This document shows, piece by piece, positions 1-10,079 of a stretch of 64,000 bases of DNA. This DNA comes from an uncultured Candidatus Saccharibacteria bacterium (GTDB lineage Bacteria > Patescibacteriota > Dojkabacteria > SC72), in assembly GCA_964403155.1 (NCBI GenBank), contig CAYOEG010000003.1:21400-85399 (forward strand). Direction: 5' to 3'. A model generated the notes under the pieces. That model saw only the letters and a list, made by a program, of their open reading frames with translations, had not been told where the DNA came from and searched no databases. The position numbers and the translations under genes were made by a program. Each line of letters begins with the position of its first letter. Position 1 is the stretch's first letter.

Positions 1-2146
1 TGTTGTCGACAGTTACTTTCCAAGCTGAGCTCCAGCCTGACTCATTGCCTGCAAAGTCTACGGCTTTAACTCTCCACCAGAAAGATGCGTCTGCAACGCT
101 AGTAGCAGTTTTACTTGTTGAGGTAAAATTCTCAGTCCATCTTAAATCAGTCAAACCTTGATCTTTGTAACTTTCATATATGAAGTATGCTACATCTGTA
201 CTTACATCTGACCATTCATTAGTTACGGATGCGCCATTTACAAATGCCCCGTCAATAGGGGATACCAATATTGGTGTAGCTGGTGCTTGAGTATCTAATG
301 TAATAGTCCATATTGGGCTCCAATTACTGTAGTTACCTGCTGCATCTAAAGCTCTAACTTGCCAATACCATGTTCCATCAGGTGCCCCAGATGAATGAAT
401 CATATTTGTTGGCAATATTCCAGAGTGCCAAAGGCTTGTTGTTAATACTCCTCCAACCTCAGCTGGATTCATGGATGATTGGAATTCGTATGCTATTGCT
501 GATGCATCTGTAGAAGCATCCCATGTGAAGTCAAAGTTGTTTGTAGTTGTATATGTGCTGTTAGGTAAACCATTGGTTGGTACTGATGGTGCAGTTGAAT
601 CTACTGTGAAATTTACTCTTTGTGCCCATCCAGGGTTCCCTGCATTGTCATATGCCCATGCAGCTATCTGGTATGTTCCGTCTGTAAATGTATAACCGGA
701 GATATCTGCAGTCCAATCTGTACCGCTTAATACTGCCGGTATGGATGTATAAAGCAACGTTGTTGTTAAATCATCATTAATTCTGTATATATGCATTGCA
801 ACATTTTTTATACCGCTATCTGCATCGTTTGCCGTTCCTGTTATTGTTGAAACAGTTTGATACAATCCAATTGGGGAAAGGACATTTACGATTGGCGCTA
901 CATGATCGGTGCGAATTACTAGGTTTGCATCATTACTCTTCAAAGTATTCCCTGCAACGTCAGTTGCTGTTGCATAGAATGGGTATGCTCCATCTGCTAA
1001 TGTGCTTGGTTCATCCCAGTACCATGTTCCATCTGGATTTGTAGTTGCAGTATAGTCTGTTCCTTCGAAGTTAACTTTTACAGTTGAAATTCCAGAAAGA
1101 ATATCTGAATATGTTCCAGTTAGAGTAGGGGTTGTATCATCTATAGTTAATGAGTTTGCAACTACAGAATCCACTGCACTATCAACAATTATGGTATCAG
1201 AATATACACTTGAAAGATTTCCTCCCAAATCCTTGTATACTACTGAAACTGTTCTAACACCATCTGGACCAGAATCGAGAGTTATTGATTTTGTCCCTGC
1301 AAAGGTCTCCCAACCTGCTCCATTTATATTCATGCTTGTCACATCGCTTGATATGGAAAGAGTAAGTGTTACGCCAAGACTTTTAGTGTATACATCACCA
1401 TTGTTAATTGTGATTGATCCAGTGGGAGCACTGGTATCGAGCTTTATAGTATCAGATACAACTGTATTTGTTTCTTTGTATTTCACATATACGGTTTTTA
1501 ACCCGTCACCCGCAGAACCTATACTGTATGGGTATGAGCTTGTGTAGTGAATCCATCCTGAATCACCTGGAAATGAATTAGTTTCTGAAACTCTAAAGTG
1601 ATGAACAACAGAAGAGGGCGCAGTAAGCGTTAAAGTTACATCTCGTGAATTTGTGTAAGCAGCACCTGAATTTATAGTAACACTCTGTACATAATCGAAT
1701 TTGTTGGCGCTAACAGCTACTGTATCATGCTCGCTATTTCCTCCTGCGTTATTATTATCTGAAGCGAATGCGCAGAGATACTTGCCTCGGTTGTTGCTAT
1801 CTACTGTTATTGAGAAATTCTGTCCACTTACATATTGCGGCTGGTAATCAAGCCAATACCAACTCCAGTTGTATATTGAACAATCGGATTGATTAGATAC
1901 AAAAATATATCTAAATGTATTTGGAATAGCATTGTTGTTCCCATCTGTTACAACAATATTTATTACATCTGGAGAAACTGCTGGAGATTCAACACCGTTT
2001 GCAAATGTAATAACCGGTTTGTTATTTGGTGGTGGATTTTGCCCATCGTTATGTGCAAAAGCTGGCATCGAAAGGGAAAATACATACCCAAAAACAAATA
2101 CAGAAGTAAATATCTTCTGTAAAAGAGATAGAGTCTTTCTTCTCAT
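1..2146 (-). CDS. Large secreted surface protein with repeated bacterial Ig-like domains. Partial: N-terminus at 2146, C-terminus beyond the window start.
   Basis: Open frame on the minus strand with no stops from the ATG at 2146 to position 1; this ORF is not in the track because it is incomplete. The N-terminus MRRKTLSLLQKIFTSVFVFGYVFSLSMPAFA is a classic signal peptide. Repeated domain starts of the form D-x-[ST]-A-P (DTSAPTGSITINNG, DHVAPIVNV, DSTAPSVP, DTQAPATPIL) are typical of Big/Ig-like adhesin repeats. The plus-strand ORFs 471-2246 in the track are antisense artefacts. Confidence 0.6.
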   Translation of the reverse strand, partial: MRRKTLSLLQKIFTSVFVFGYVFSLSMPAFAHNDGQNPPPNNKPVITFANGVESPAVSPDVINIVVTDGNNNAIPNTFRYIFVSNQSDCSIYNWSWYWLDYQPQYVSGQNFSITVDSNNRGKYLCAFASDNNNAGGNSEHDTVAVSANKFDYVQSVTINSGAAYTNSRDVTLTLTAPSSVVHHFRVSETNSFPGDSGWIHYTSSYPYSIGSAGDGLKTVYVKYKETNTVVSDTIKLDTSAPTGSITINNGDVYTKSLGVTLTLSISSDVTSMNINGAGWETFAGTKSITLDSGPDGVRTVSVVYKDLGGNLSSVYSDTIIVDSAVDSVVANSLTIDDTTPTLTGTYSDILSGISTVKVNFEGTDYTATTNPDGTWYWDEPSTLADGAYPFYATATDVAGNTLKSNDANLVIRTDHVAPIVNVLSPIGLYQTVSTITGTANDADSGIKNVAMHIYRINDDLTTTLLYTSIPAVLSGTDWTADISGYTFTDGTYQIAAWAYDNAGNPGWAQRVNFTVDSTAPSVPTNGLPNSTYTTTNNFDFTWDASTDASAIAYEFQSSMNPAEVGGVLTTSLWHSGILPTNMIHSSGAPDGTWYWQVRALDAAGNYSNWSPIWTITLDTQAPATPILVSPIDGAFVNGASVTNEWSDVSTDVAYFIYESYKDQGLTDLRWTENFTSTSKTATSVADASFWWRVKAVDFAGNESGWSSAWKVTVDN

Positions 2147-2342
2147 ATATAAATCTAAAAAATTTATATTGAAGAAGTTTTACATTGAAATGATGTCGCC
2201 GCAAAACCTCTCTGTACAGATCGGTTTCGCCATTAGCTCCGCTTGACTTATATAGCGACCAAAAGAAGTCAAACATCTATGCCCCTGTCCCATAATAATA
2301 TATCGTTTGGAAGTAGGAAGTCAATATACCCTCAAAAGTGAA

Positions 2343-4523
2343 CTATTCGTGAATAATAATTAGCCTATGCAATGCTCTAGTCATACCTACATACAGTAAT
2401 CTCCAAGTTAATTCTGTATCAGGATACCTCTCATCATTAACATCCATAATAAGGACAGAATCAAATTCCAAACCCTTCGCTTGCTCAATTGGTAGTATCA
2501 AAACTCCTTGTTTGTAATCACTCTCAGAGTAGTTAACAATGTCTCTACTAATCTCCGATTCATATTCCTTCAACACATTAAACATCTCAACCGCATGCTT
2601 CTTATCTCTGCAAAGAATTGCACAAGTAACAGCACCCTTCTCAAATTGTATTTTTATTTTTTCAATAATAGTTTTAATTGTATTCTTATCGCACTTAGAA
2701 AATTCTTTAGAAAGACTCATCTCTTCTACAGGGTCCCCATGCCTTAAAACTGCCTCAGGTAACTTATACCCAATTGGGAACTTACGCGAGAATATCTTGT
2801 TAGCATAATCAATAACCTCAACTGTAGCTCTGTAACATCTCTGCAATTGATGGAACGAAGTCTGCTTTGCAGTAATACCATCCACCAAATCTAAAACTGT
2901 TTGCCAATTCTTAATGTAGAAAGGAGGAATAATGGATTGTGCCAAATCTCCAGCTATTGTTAAATTGCCATTCTTTGCAACAGAAGCTAATGTAGCTAGC
3001 TGAACATAGCTAATATCTTGTGCCTCATCGACCATGATGTAATCTCTCTCCGATGATTTTCTTCCATATATCTTTTGGTGTAGGTAAACCATAGGGGCAA
3101 GATCTTCAATTCGGTAGAAAGTATTTTTCCCCTTTATGCTCAATGCCTTAATGGAGTGCTCCTTGCACTTTGAGTCCAGCAGATTAGATTTGAAAAGCTT
3201 TTTGTAGAGGTTGTATATATTTACATTCTTACTAAAGTAACTAAGTATTTCCTTTTTCTTCTCGATTTCGTTATTAAAATACGTGTCTATCTGTCCAGTT
3301 CTTGCGCTCTCAAATTGCTTCTGGGCGAATGCATAATCTACTGCTAAATCTAATCTTTCTGGCATATCGATATTTGGGAACTCATCCTTCAGTTCTTTAT
3401 ATCTGCGAATTATTCTTTCTTTGTGGGAGTAGGGGATTTCAGAAAGTAATTTATCCTCAAATTCTTCAAAGTATTTATCTAAGACACCCATGAACTCTAC
3501 AGAGCCTTTGTATTCCTTGACCTCAAGATTTTCTTCTAAAGGTGATACCGTGTAATTATCATTCCATCCAAGAACTTTCTTGCCCCAGAACATATAGGTT
3601 AATGTTTCGACTTTTTCTACTCCAAGATTGGGTAAGACATCTGAGACATAGTCGATGAACATCTGGTTAGGAGCAATGATTAGGGAATTCTCAGATTTAA
3701 TTTGCTCTTTGTATGTATAGAAGAGGTATGCGAGTCTATGTAGGAGTATTGTAGTTTTACCACTACCTGCAACTCCTTGTATTAACACAGGCTTATTTAT
3801 CTCTTCCCTAATAATTTCATTTTGTTGTGCTTGTATTGTAGAAACAATATCTTGAAGCTTTTGACCGAGCCTTTCATTTAATTGAGCTAAGAGGAATTCA
3901 TCCGCTGCAGCATTACCCGATTTAGCATCATATATTCCCTTAATCCTTGCTCTTGATATCTGGAATTGTCTTTTTTGTTTTAAATCGCCAGATCTTTTCC
4001 CAACAGGGGCTACAAAAGAGACATTATTGGTAGGCCCAGAATTTTCGTAGTACAGATTCGCAATTGGAGCTCTCCAGTCTGTAATGATGGGAATATGTGT
4101 TTCTTCATCCATTAGTGCAAACTTCCCTATGTAGAGTATGAGAGGTTTTTTAGTAACACTATCATATGGTGTGAATACTATTTTTCCAAAGTATGGGGAA
4201 TCAACAGCAATTAATTCATTGTTTATACGTGATACCAATATCTTAATTTCTGTTAGTATCTGGTTGTATACCTTTTTAGCATCTCCGATATCATCTTCAC
4301 CAGATTCCATATTTATGATATCTACCTGTTTTTCAAGTTCTTCCTCTAATTTCTCTAATCGAGGTATATATCTATTAATATCTGCGACTTTTCTTTGAGT
4401 AACACTTTTTAGTTGTGGATATTCCTCTTGTTCTAATTGTGATAGGTCTTGAAGATCTGAAAATGAAGCCACTCGGTCTAGATCCTTGTATAAAGGATTT
4501 AGATATTTTTTGAATGTTTGCAT
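2343..4523 (-). CDS. UvrD/Rep-family SF1 DNA helicase, HelD (helicase IV)-like
   Basis: Walker A motif GVAGSGKTT, motif II MVDEAQD and motif VI VGMTRALHRL. The N-terminal region of about 220 aa carries SPYFGKIVF...DWRAPIANLYY, which resembles the HelD/helicase IV N-terminal signature. Confidence 0.65.
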   Translation of the reverse strand: MQTFKKYLNPLYKDLDRVASFSDLQDLSQLEQEEYPQLKSVTQRKVADINRYIPRLEKLEEELEKQVDIINMESGEDDIGDAKKVYNQILTEIKILVSRINNELIAVDSPYFGKIVFTPYDSVTKKPLILYIGKFALMDEETHIPIITDWRAPIANLYYENSGPTNNVSFVAPVGKRSGDLKQKRQFQISRARIKGIYDAKSGNAAADEFLLAQLNERLGQKLQDIVSTIQAQQNEIIREEINKPVLIQGVAGSGKTTILLHRLAYLFYTYKEQIKSENSLIIAPNQMFIDYVSDVLPNLGVEKVETLTYMFWGKKVLGWNDNYTVSPLEENLEVKEYKGSVEFMGVLDKYFEEFEDKLLSEIPYSHKERIIRRYKELKDEFPNIDMPERLDLAVDYAFAQKQFESARTGQIDTYFNNEIEKKKEILSYFSKNVNIYNLYKKLFKSNLLDSKCKEHSIKALSIKGKNTFYRIEDLAPMVYLHQKIYGRKSSERDYIMVDEAQDISYVQLATLASVAKNGNLTIAGDLAQSIIPPFYIKNWQTVLDLVDGITAKQTSFHQLQRCYRATVEVIDYANKIFSRKFPIGYKLPEAVLRHGDPVEEMSLSKEFSKCDKNTIKTIIEKIKIQFEKGAVTCAILCRDKKHAVEMFNVLKEYESEISRDIVNYSESDYKQGVLILPIEQAKGLEFDSVLIMDVNDERYPDTELTWRLLYVGMTRALHRLIIIHE

Positions 4524-4562
4524 TTGGAATTTCAGTGATAGAAATTACAGAATGGAATGATA

Positions 4563-5846
4563 CTAGATATAGAGATTAGAGTCAATTCTCGTTCTTAATA
4601 ATCGGAAAACTTTGTTAATTATTTGGGGTACACGTTGGTACGTTATTTTGTATATTGGGGCAATTTGTTGGTGTTTTTTACCTTCTATGTAGCACATATG
4701 GAAAATCTCCTTATCTCTAGGGGTCAACTTCTTCTCAAGTATAAGTTGATCAATTTTACTAAATATATATTTTAAACTTTCTTCATCATCTTTCAAATCA
4801 TGCATATCATCATCGTTATGTTTGATTATTATCCTTTCACCTATTGTATCTCCATCTGCTTCTGTTTCGTTAATTGATGCATCTAGCTCGATTATTTTTT
4901 GATTTTGAACATTTATGATTGCAAAAACTGTTTCTGTTGTAATTGGGGAGTCTCGATGCCAGTCTACGGATTCGATAATAGATTCCACTTCTTCAATGCC
5001 TAGTTCCTTTAATTGTTTACCTTTAAACATCTCGTTAGCTTTTTTTAAGAACATATTAAATCTAGCTTTTGTACTACGATTTATCCTAATAATATTCTCG
5101 CACCCATCATTTCTTCCAGATTGTATATAGCACATTATTGTTTTTACAGCATATGTGCTAAATTTGAATCCTTTTTTGATATCAAAATTACGAATAGCGT
5201 AAAGGAGGCCGATCATACCAGTTTCGTAATCATCTTCACTTATATAACCAAGCTCACGCATAGCTTTGTATACAAGGGGTCTTTCTGTTCTACAAAGAGC
5301 ATCTTCTATTCTTCCAATGTATTCTTCTATTTTTGTATTTTCATTCTCGTTGAAGCGTAGCATCTGTCTTGTTGTAATCAAATCACCCCGGGTTGTCGAA
5401 TCCAAGAGCAACTTATCCTCAGGATGATTACAGAAAAAAGTTTCAATGTATCTAAGCGATATTTCTGTTGATGCTTTAATGGGAGATGCTACGATATTTG
5501 TTAGTTCGGTTTCGTAAAAGGCTTTTCCTTTGAGTATGGGGTATAACTGTTTGAGTGTCCTGACTTCCATGTTCAGAAGTTGGCAAGCGATTTGTGTATC
5601 AATAAGTTTAGAATTTTGTGATATAGATGATGTAATTTCTGAAATATTTTGTATTTTTTCATAGAATTGCTCAAACTCTTTTTCCGTTGACGGTAGCAGA
5701 TATGGAGCTCCTTCTATTACCTTTTCTGGGAAGAAAGTAATTGTATTGAGCAACTTTCGTGTTTCTTCATAGTTTTTTTCTGGTATTGCGACGACAAAGT
5801 CAATACCATTTTCTAATTGTGACATAGTCTCTAACTCGTATCCCAT
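4563..5846 (-). CDS. Sigma-70 family RNA polymerase sigma factor with an N-terminal extension of about 190 aa
   Basis: Region 2 (IGLLYAIRNFDIKKGFKFSTYAVKTIMCYI) and region 4 HTH (LTPRDKEIF...ITYQRVPQIINKVFRLLR) are recognisable. The first roughly 190 aa show no similarity I can recognise. Confidence 0.65.
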   Translation of the reverse strand: MGYELETMSQLENGIDFVVAIPEKNYEETRKLLNTITFFPEKVIEGAPYLLPSTEKEFEQFYEKIQNISEITSSISQNSKLIDTQIACQLLNMEVRTLKQLYPILKGKAFYETELTNIVASPIKASTEISLRYIETFFCNHPEDKLLLDSTTRGDLITTRQMLRFNENENTKIEEYIGRIEDALCRTERPLVYKAMRELGYISEDDYETGMIGLLYAIRNFDIKKGFKFSTYAVKTIMCYIQSGRNDGCENIIRINRSTKARFNMFLKKANEMFKGKQLKELGIEEVESIIESVDWHRDSPITTETVFAIINVQNQKIIELDASINETEADGDTIGERIIIKHNDDDMHDLKDDEESLKYIFSKIDQLILEKKLTPRDKEIFHMCYIEGKKHQQIAPIYKITYQRVPQIINKVFRLLRTRIDSNLYI

Positions 5847-5921
5847 AGCGCAAGATTATACCACGTTAATTCTGAAATGTACTTAGCTTTTAATTCCTTT
5901 GAAACTACGTTATCATGAAAT

Positions 5922-6476
5922 ATGAGTAATCAATTGAAGCTTTTTCTTTACATTGTCTTTATCATTGGTATTTTTTTACTAATACAGAACAAATTCCAGA
6001 TATTTGATATTGAATTAACTAATGAAGAACAGAAAATTGAAGAGAATAATGACACAGGGGAGGATATCAGTAAAAATTATAACGTTGAGAATTATGTAGA
6101 GATAGTTGTAGATGCGACAAAGATTGTGAAAGTGAATGTGGAACTTGCTAATACCGAAGAAAAAAGGAAACTTGGGCTTTCTTTCAGACAGTATCTTGGT
6201 GATTATGACGGGATGCTTTTTGTATTTGATCAGGATGCCTCTAACCCTTTTTGGATGAAGGATATGAAGATGCCTTTGGATATTATTTTTGTGGATTCAG
6301 ATTATTTTATTGTTGATATAAAGGAGGCGCAAGCACCCTGTACTGTTTCATACTGTCCTTCAATATATTCATCTGCACCATTTAGGTATGTGTTAGAGGT
6401 AAATTCTGGATTTGTTGAGAAGAATGGTATTACTAAAGATGGGAGCCTTGTTTTGCATATTGCAGATTTAAACTGA
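5922..6476 (+). CDS. DUF192 (COG1430) family protein, signal-anchored
   Basis: N-terminal hydrophobic helix. The core LGLSFRQYLGDYDGMLFVF...NPFWMKDMKMPLDIIFVD matches the DUF192 signature. Confidence 0.5.
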   Translation: MSNQLKLFLYIVFIIGIFLLIQNKFQIFDIELTNEEQKIEENNDTGEDISKNYNVENYVEIVVDATKIVKVNVELANTEEKRKLGLSFRQYLGDYDGMLFVFDQDASNPFWMKDMKMPLDIIFVDSDYFIVDIKEAQAPCTVSYCPSIYSSAPFRYVLEVNSGFVEKNGITKDGSLVLHIADLN

Positions 6477-6489
6477 TATTATTATCAAA

Positions 6490-7119
6490 ATGATTAGTAC
6501 ATTTATTGATTGGCTTGTGAATTTAATAACCGCAATCGGGTACCCCGGGGTTATGCTTTCTATGTTTATAGAGAGTTTCTTTGCACCAATCCCTAGCGAG
6601 ATAATATTACCATTCTCAGGGTTTGTAGCTTCATCTGGATCTTTAAATATTTATCTTGTGATCCTTTTTGCGTCTTTGGCAGCATATTTAGGATCTTTGC
6701 CTTTCTATCTAATTGGTAGGTGGGGCAAAGATAAGGTTGATATGTTTTTAAGAAAGTATGGTAAATACTTGTTTATAAAAGAGGAAGATTTAGATAAAGG
6801 TTATGATATTTTTAATAAACACGGGGAGAAGATGGTATTCTTTGGAAGATTAATCCCAATCATTCGAACAGTAATTTCTTTCCCAGCGGGTGTGGCCGAT
6901 ATGAACTTTGGTTTATTTAGTCTTTTTACATTTGCGGGAACATTAATATGGTCGTCTATTCTTGCAGGAGCAGGTTATTTACTTGGTGATAATTGGGATA
7001 CTATTTCCGTCTATGTTTCTAAATACGAAAAAGTAATATTGGTAATACTAATCGTTGTAGTTGTTCTGTTTGTAGCACGAGGTATAAAAAATATATTGGA
7101 CAAAAGAAACGCTAAGTAG
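6490..7119 (+). CDS. DedA/TVP38 family membrane protein
   Basis: GYPGVMLSMFIESFFAPIPSEIILPFSGF is the DedA signature; multiple TM segments. Confidence 0.6.
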   Translation: MISTFIDWLVNLITAIGYPGVMLSMFIESFFAPIPSEIILPFSGFVASSGSLNIYLVILFASLAAYLGSLPFYLIGRWGKDKVDMFLRKYGKYLFIKEEDLDKGYDIFNKHGEKMVFFGRLIPIIRTVISFPAGVADMNFGLFSLFTFAGTLIWSSILAGAGYLLGDNWDTISVYVSKYEKVILVILIVVVVLFVARGIKNILDKRNAK

Positions 7120-8644
7120 TGATTCTAATCAAAGATTGTCCATTCATTTCGCTTGGTTTTGTAATTCCCATAATATCCAATATTGTAGGTGCTACATCCT
7201 TTAGAGAACCATATGGTAAAAATCTGTTAGTAATATTTGTACCTGCTATGATACAAGGTACAGGATTCAATGAGTGTTCTGTATCGGCAGTATTGTTCTG
7301 AAGATTAATCATCTCTTCTACATTCCCATGATCTGCAGTTATTATAACTGCACCCCCTTGGGCGAGGAAGGCGTTTGTAAGCTCATGCACGCAGTAATCT
7401 ACGGTTTGCACGGCCTTTATACCTGCATCTAGGACTCCGGAATGGCCAACCATATCCGCATTTGCGAAATTAACAAGTATAAAATCATAAGCATCAGTGC
7501 TCATTCTTTTTGTTAATACGCTTAGAACATCTAGCGCGCTCATCTCTGGCTTTAGATCATAAGTGGCAACTGCTGGTGAAGGTATGGCGATTTGATCTTC
7601 ATTTGCATAGACAACGGAGGCTCCACCGTTGAAGAAATACGTAACATGCGGGAATTTCTCGGTTTCTGCAATTCTCAATTGTCTTAAACCCACAGAATCT
7701 ATGACTTTACCAAGTGGTAGATTAACATATTGCTTTGGGAATATAACCTTAGAAGGGAAGCTTTTGCTGTATTCTACCATTCCCACAAAATAGAGATTTG
7801 TTATATTATCTTTCTGAAAGTTATTAAATGTTGGGAGATCAAATGCTTGGGAGAGTTGTAATCCTCTATCTGGGCGGAAGTTAAGATTGATAACAACATC
7901 ATTTGTTTTTATAGTGCTGTCGTTTATGACGATAGGCTCCATGAATTCATCAGTGATGTTTTTTTGGTAGAAGTCATCAATAGCCTCACCATATGTTTTA
8001 AAGCGAGTCCCTACATTTCGCGTTAGTAGGTAATATGCTCTCTGTGTTCTATCCCATTGATTGTTTCTGTCCATGGCGAAGTATCTTCCAATGATCGTTC
8101 CAATCTCCCCGATACCTCGTGACATACAATATTTATCAATATCTGTGAGATATTGAAGCGCTGAATTGGGTGGTGTGTCTCTACCATCTGTAAATGCATG
8201 TATGTAAACATTCCCGTCAAAGTTATTTTTTGCAAAGAAATCGATAATTGCTTTAAAATGATTAATATGTGAATGCACAGACCCATCACTTAGAAGTCCC
8301 ATAAGGTGGATGTCGCTCTTGTATTGTTTTGCGTGGATTAATGCTGATTGTAGAACATTGTTGGTCATCATTAAACCTTTTTCTATGGCGCTATTGATAC
8401 GAGGTAGAGTTTGGGCAACAATATTTCCAGCTCCGAGATTTAGATGACCGACTTCACTATTACCTCTAACATTCTTTGGGAGCCCAACAGCTTCTCCAGA
8501 GGCAAGCAAATATGTATGTGGGTATATATTCCAAAGGGTTGAAAGATTTTGAGGATTAGCTAAGACCACGGCATTTCCCTGGTTTTTTGGTGCAGCTCCA
8601 AGTCCATCTAATACTATCAATAATACTTTTTGTTTAGCTTTCAT
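7112..8644 (-). CDS. gpmI: 2,3-bisphosphoglycerate-independent phosphoglycerate mutase
   Basis: N-terminal LLIVLDGLGA and the ADHGN phosphotransfer motif; 510 aa, typical of iPGM. Confidence 0.9.
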   Translation of the reverse strand: MKAKQKVLLIVLDGLGAAPKNQGNAVVLANPQNLSTLWNIYPHTYLLASGEAVGLPKNVRGNSEVGHLNLGAGNIVAQTLPRINSAIEKGLMMTNNVLQSALIHAKQYKSDIHLMGLLSDGSVHSHINHFKAIIDFFAKNNFDGNVYIHAFTDGRDTPPNSALQYLTDIDKYCMSRGIGEIGTIIGRYFAMDRNNQWDRTQRAYYLLTRNVGTRFKTYGEAIDDFYQKNITDEFMEPIVINDSTIKTNDVVINLNFRPDRGLQLSQAFDLPTFNNFQKDNITNLYFVGMVEYSKSFPSKVIFPKQYVNLPLGKVIDSVGLRQLRIAETEKFPHVTYFFNGGASVVYANEDQIAIPSPAVATYDLKPEMSALDVLSVLTKRMSTDAYDFILVNFANADMVGHSGVLDAGIKAVQTVDYCVHELTNAFLAQGGAVIITADHGNVEEMINLQNNTADTEHSLNPVPCIIAGTNITNRFLPYGSLKDVAPTILDIMGITKPSEMNGQSLIRITT

Positions 8645-8723
8645 AGGCAGTTGTATTAATATTCTGGCATATTTTTGAAATTTATTCTATAATTGCACCT
8701 GGTTTAAATATTATTAAAGAAAA

Positions 8724-9173
8724 ATGGATACAAATATATTAAAAAAGATAGAGGTTGGTCAGCTACAAAAGAGGCCTGATGTTAAGGTTGGAGATACTGT
8801 TAAATTGTATATCAAGATTAAAGAAGGTAACAAAGAAAGAGTACAGATGTTCCAAGGCGTAGTTATCGCAATGAGGGGCAAGGGTTCTGAGACCACAATT
8901 ACAGTAAGAAAGATCTCTTATGGTATCGGTGTTGAGAAAGTTATTCCTCTATACTCTCCTGTATTAGATAAAATGGAGATTGTGAAAAGAGGAACTGTTA
9001 GAAAATCGAAGTTATATTTTTTGAGAGGTAGAATAGGGAGAAAAGCATTAAAGATCAGTAATATTAAAGATGTATTTATGACTGATGAGGTCGTAGTACC
9101 AGAGGAAGGTGAAGCTCCTGTTGAGGAAACACCTGCATCTGAGGAAGTAGTTGAAGAAAAGACTGAGGCTTAG
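8724..9173 (+). CDS. rplS: 50S ribosomal protein L19 with an acidic C-terminal tail
   Basis: The L19 core RPDVKVGDTVKLYIKIKEG...RVQMFQGVVIAMRGKGSETTITVRKISYGIGVEKVIPLYSP. Confidence 0.9.
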   Translation: MDTNILKKIEVGQLQKRPDVKVGDTVKLYIKIKEGNKERVQMFQGVVIAMRGKGSETTITVRKISYGIGVEKVIPLYSPVLDKMEIVKRGTVRKSKLYFLRGRIGRKALKISNIKDVFMTDEVVVPEEGEAPVEETPASEEVVEEKTEA

Positions 9174-9194
9174 TATTATTAATTACTACTTTTT

Positions 9195-9271
9195 GCGGGA
9201 GTAGTTCAATTGGTTAGAATGTCTGTTTTCCAAACAGAGGGTTGCGGGTCCGAGCCCCGTCTCCCGCTCCA
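9195..9271 (+). tRNA. tRNA-Gly (anticodon TCC), CCA encoded
   Basis: The cloverleaf reads acceptor GCGGGAG / CTCCCGC, D-stem GTTC/GAAT, anticodon stem TCTGT/ACAGA, loop TTTCCAA, T-stem GCGGG/CCCGT and discriminator U73, followed by CCA. The start GCGGGA and U73 match bacterial tRNA-Gly. An alternative register reading CCA (Trp) was rejected. Confidence 0.8.
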
Positions 9272-9312
9272 TGTACTGTAACTTATCCACATTTTGTAAT
9301 ATAATTCTTGCT

Positions 9313-9876
9313 ATGCAAGATGCAGATGTCCCACTATGGGATAAGGGTGACAATACAGATAACTATGCGAAAGGTGGTGTGAACAGCTTCTCTTTGTTTG
9401 ATTATGATGAAAAAGAATCAAAAAACGAAGAAATAGAGAAGGTATATGAATTAGTTTTAGGTAGGAAACCAACATCAAGGGAGATTGCTTATTATAGATA
9501 TTCCACCGTTAAAAAAGGGGATGTCGTAAACAAACTTCTAAAAAGTGACGAGCATAAGCGGATTATTGAGAAAGGGCATAAATACCCAGATATCGAAAAT
9601 CAAGAAAAATTAGCGCAAAGCAACATCTTAAAGTTAAGACATAGTATAGAGGATCAAAATGGCGAGATGGAGGAGATGAGATCTATGCTTGAACAGAAAA
9701 ATAGGGAGATAGCGGTTCTTCGCGAGGAGAAAAGAATCCCATTTGTTACTCAATCTTTTTTAGAAGGCAAGGGAACAGTTTACTATACTAATACAAAGGA
9801 CAGCACAGAAAGAAAAGAGCTTGTTAATAATACGTGGTTGGATAAGATAGCTGATTTTATTAAAAAATTATCATAA
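9313..9876 (+). CDS. Hypothetical coiled-coil protein with a DUF4214-like segment
   Basis: The track ORF begins inside the tRNA, so the internal ATG at 9313 (MQDADVPLWDK) is used instead. VYELVLGRKPTSREIAYYRYS...LLKSDEH resembles DUF4214. The C-terminal half is charged and coiled-coil. Confidence 0.4.
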   Translation: MQDADVPLWDKGDNTDNYAKGGVNSFSLFDYDEKESKNEEIEKVYELVLGRKPTSREIAYYRYSTVKKGDVVNKLLKSDEHKRIIEKGHKYPDIENQEKLAQSNILKLRHSIEDQNGEMEEMRSMLEQKNREIAVLREEKRIPFVTQSFLEGKGTVYYTNTKDSTERKELVNNTWLDKIADFIKKLS

Positions 9877-10079
9877 TGACACCAAGAGTATGTGCCAAAA
9901 GACTAAAAGAAGTTAGAGAAGCTGTGGGTTATTCTCAGAAACAGCTTGGTTTGAGAGTAGGGTTGTCGGACAAATCAATTAGTATGTATGAGAAAGGCAC
10001 AGTGTATCCACCTGTTTCCAATCTATTAAAAATTGCCAAGGAATTAGAAAAAGACGTTAGCTATTTTATCCAAGATTAA
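9876..10079 (+). CDS. XRE-family helix-turn-helix transcriptional regulator
   Basis: The HTH_3 pattern GYSQKQLGLRVGLSDKSISMYEKG; the start overlaps the upstream stop (TAATG). Confidence 0.7.
   Translation: MTPRVCAKRLKEVREAVGYSQKQLGLRVGLSDKSISMYEKGTVYPPVSNLLKIAKELEKDVSYFIQD

Noticed and set aside
471-2276. Track ORFs on the plus strand (471-695, 796-1044, 1191-1547, 1889-2122, 1932-2246) and the minus-strand ORF 2049-2276
   Set aside because: All are antisense or off-frame relative to the long open minus-strand frame (1-2146), which has a convincing signal peptide and Ig-like repeats. None carries a recognisable motif.
9195-9271. Initial reading of this tRNA as tRNA-Trp (CCA in the anticodon loop)
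   Set aside because: Standard numbering (D-stem GTTC/GAAT, position 26 G) places TCC at positions 34-36. The U73 discriminator and the GCGGGA start match tRNA-Gly, not Trp (which has G73).
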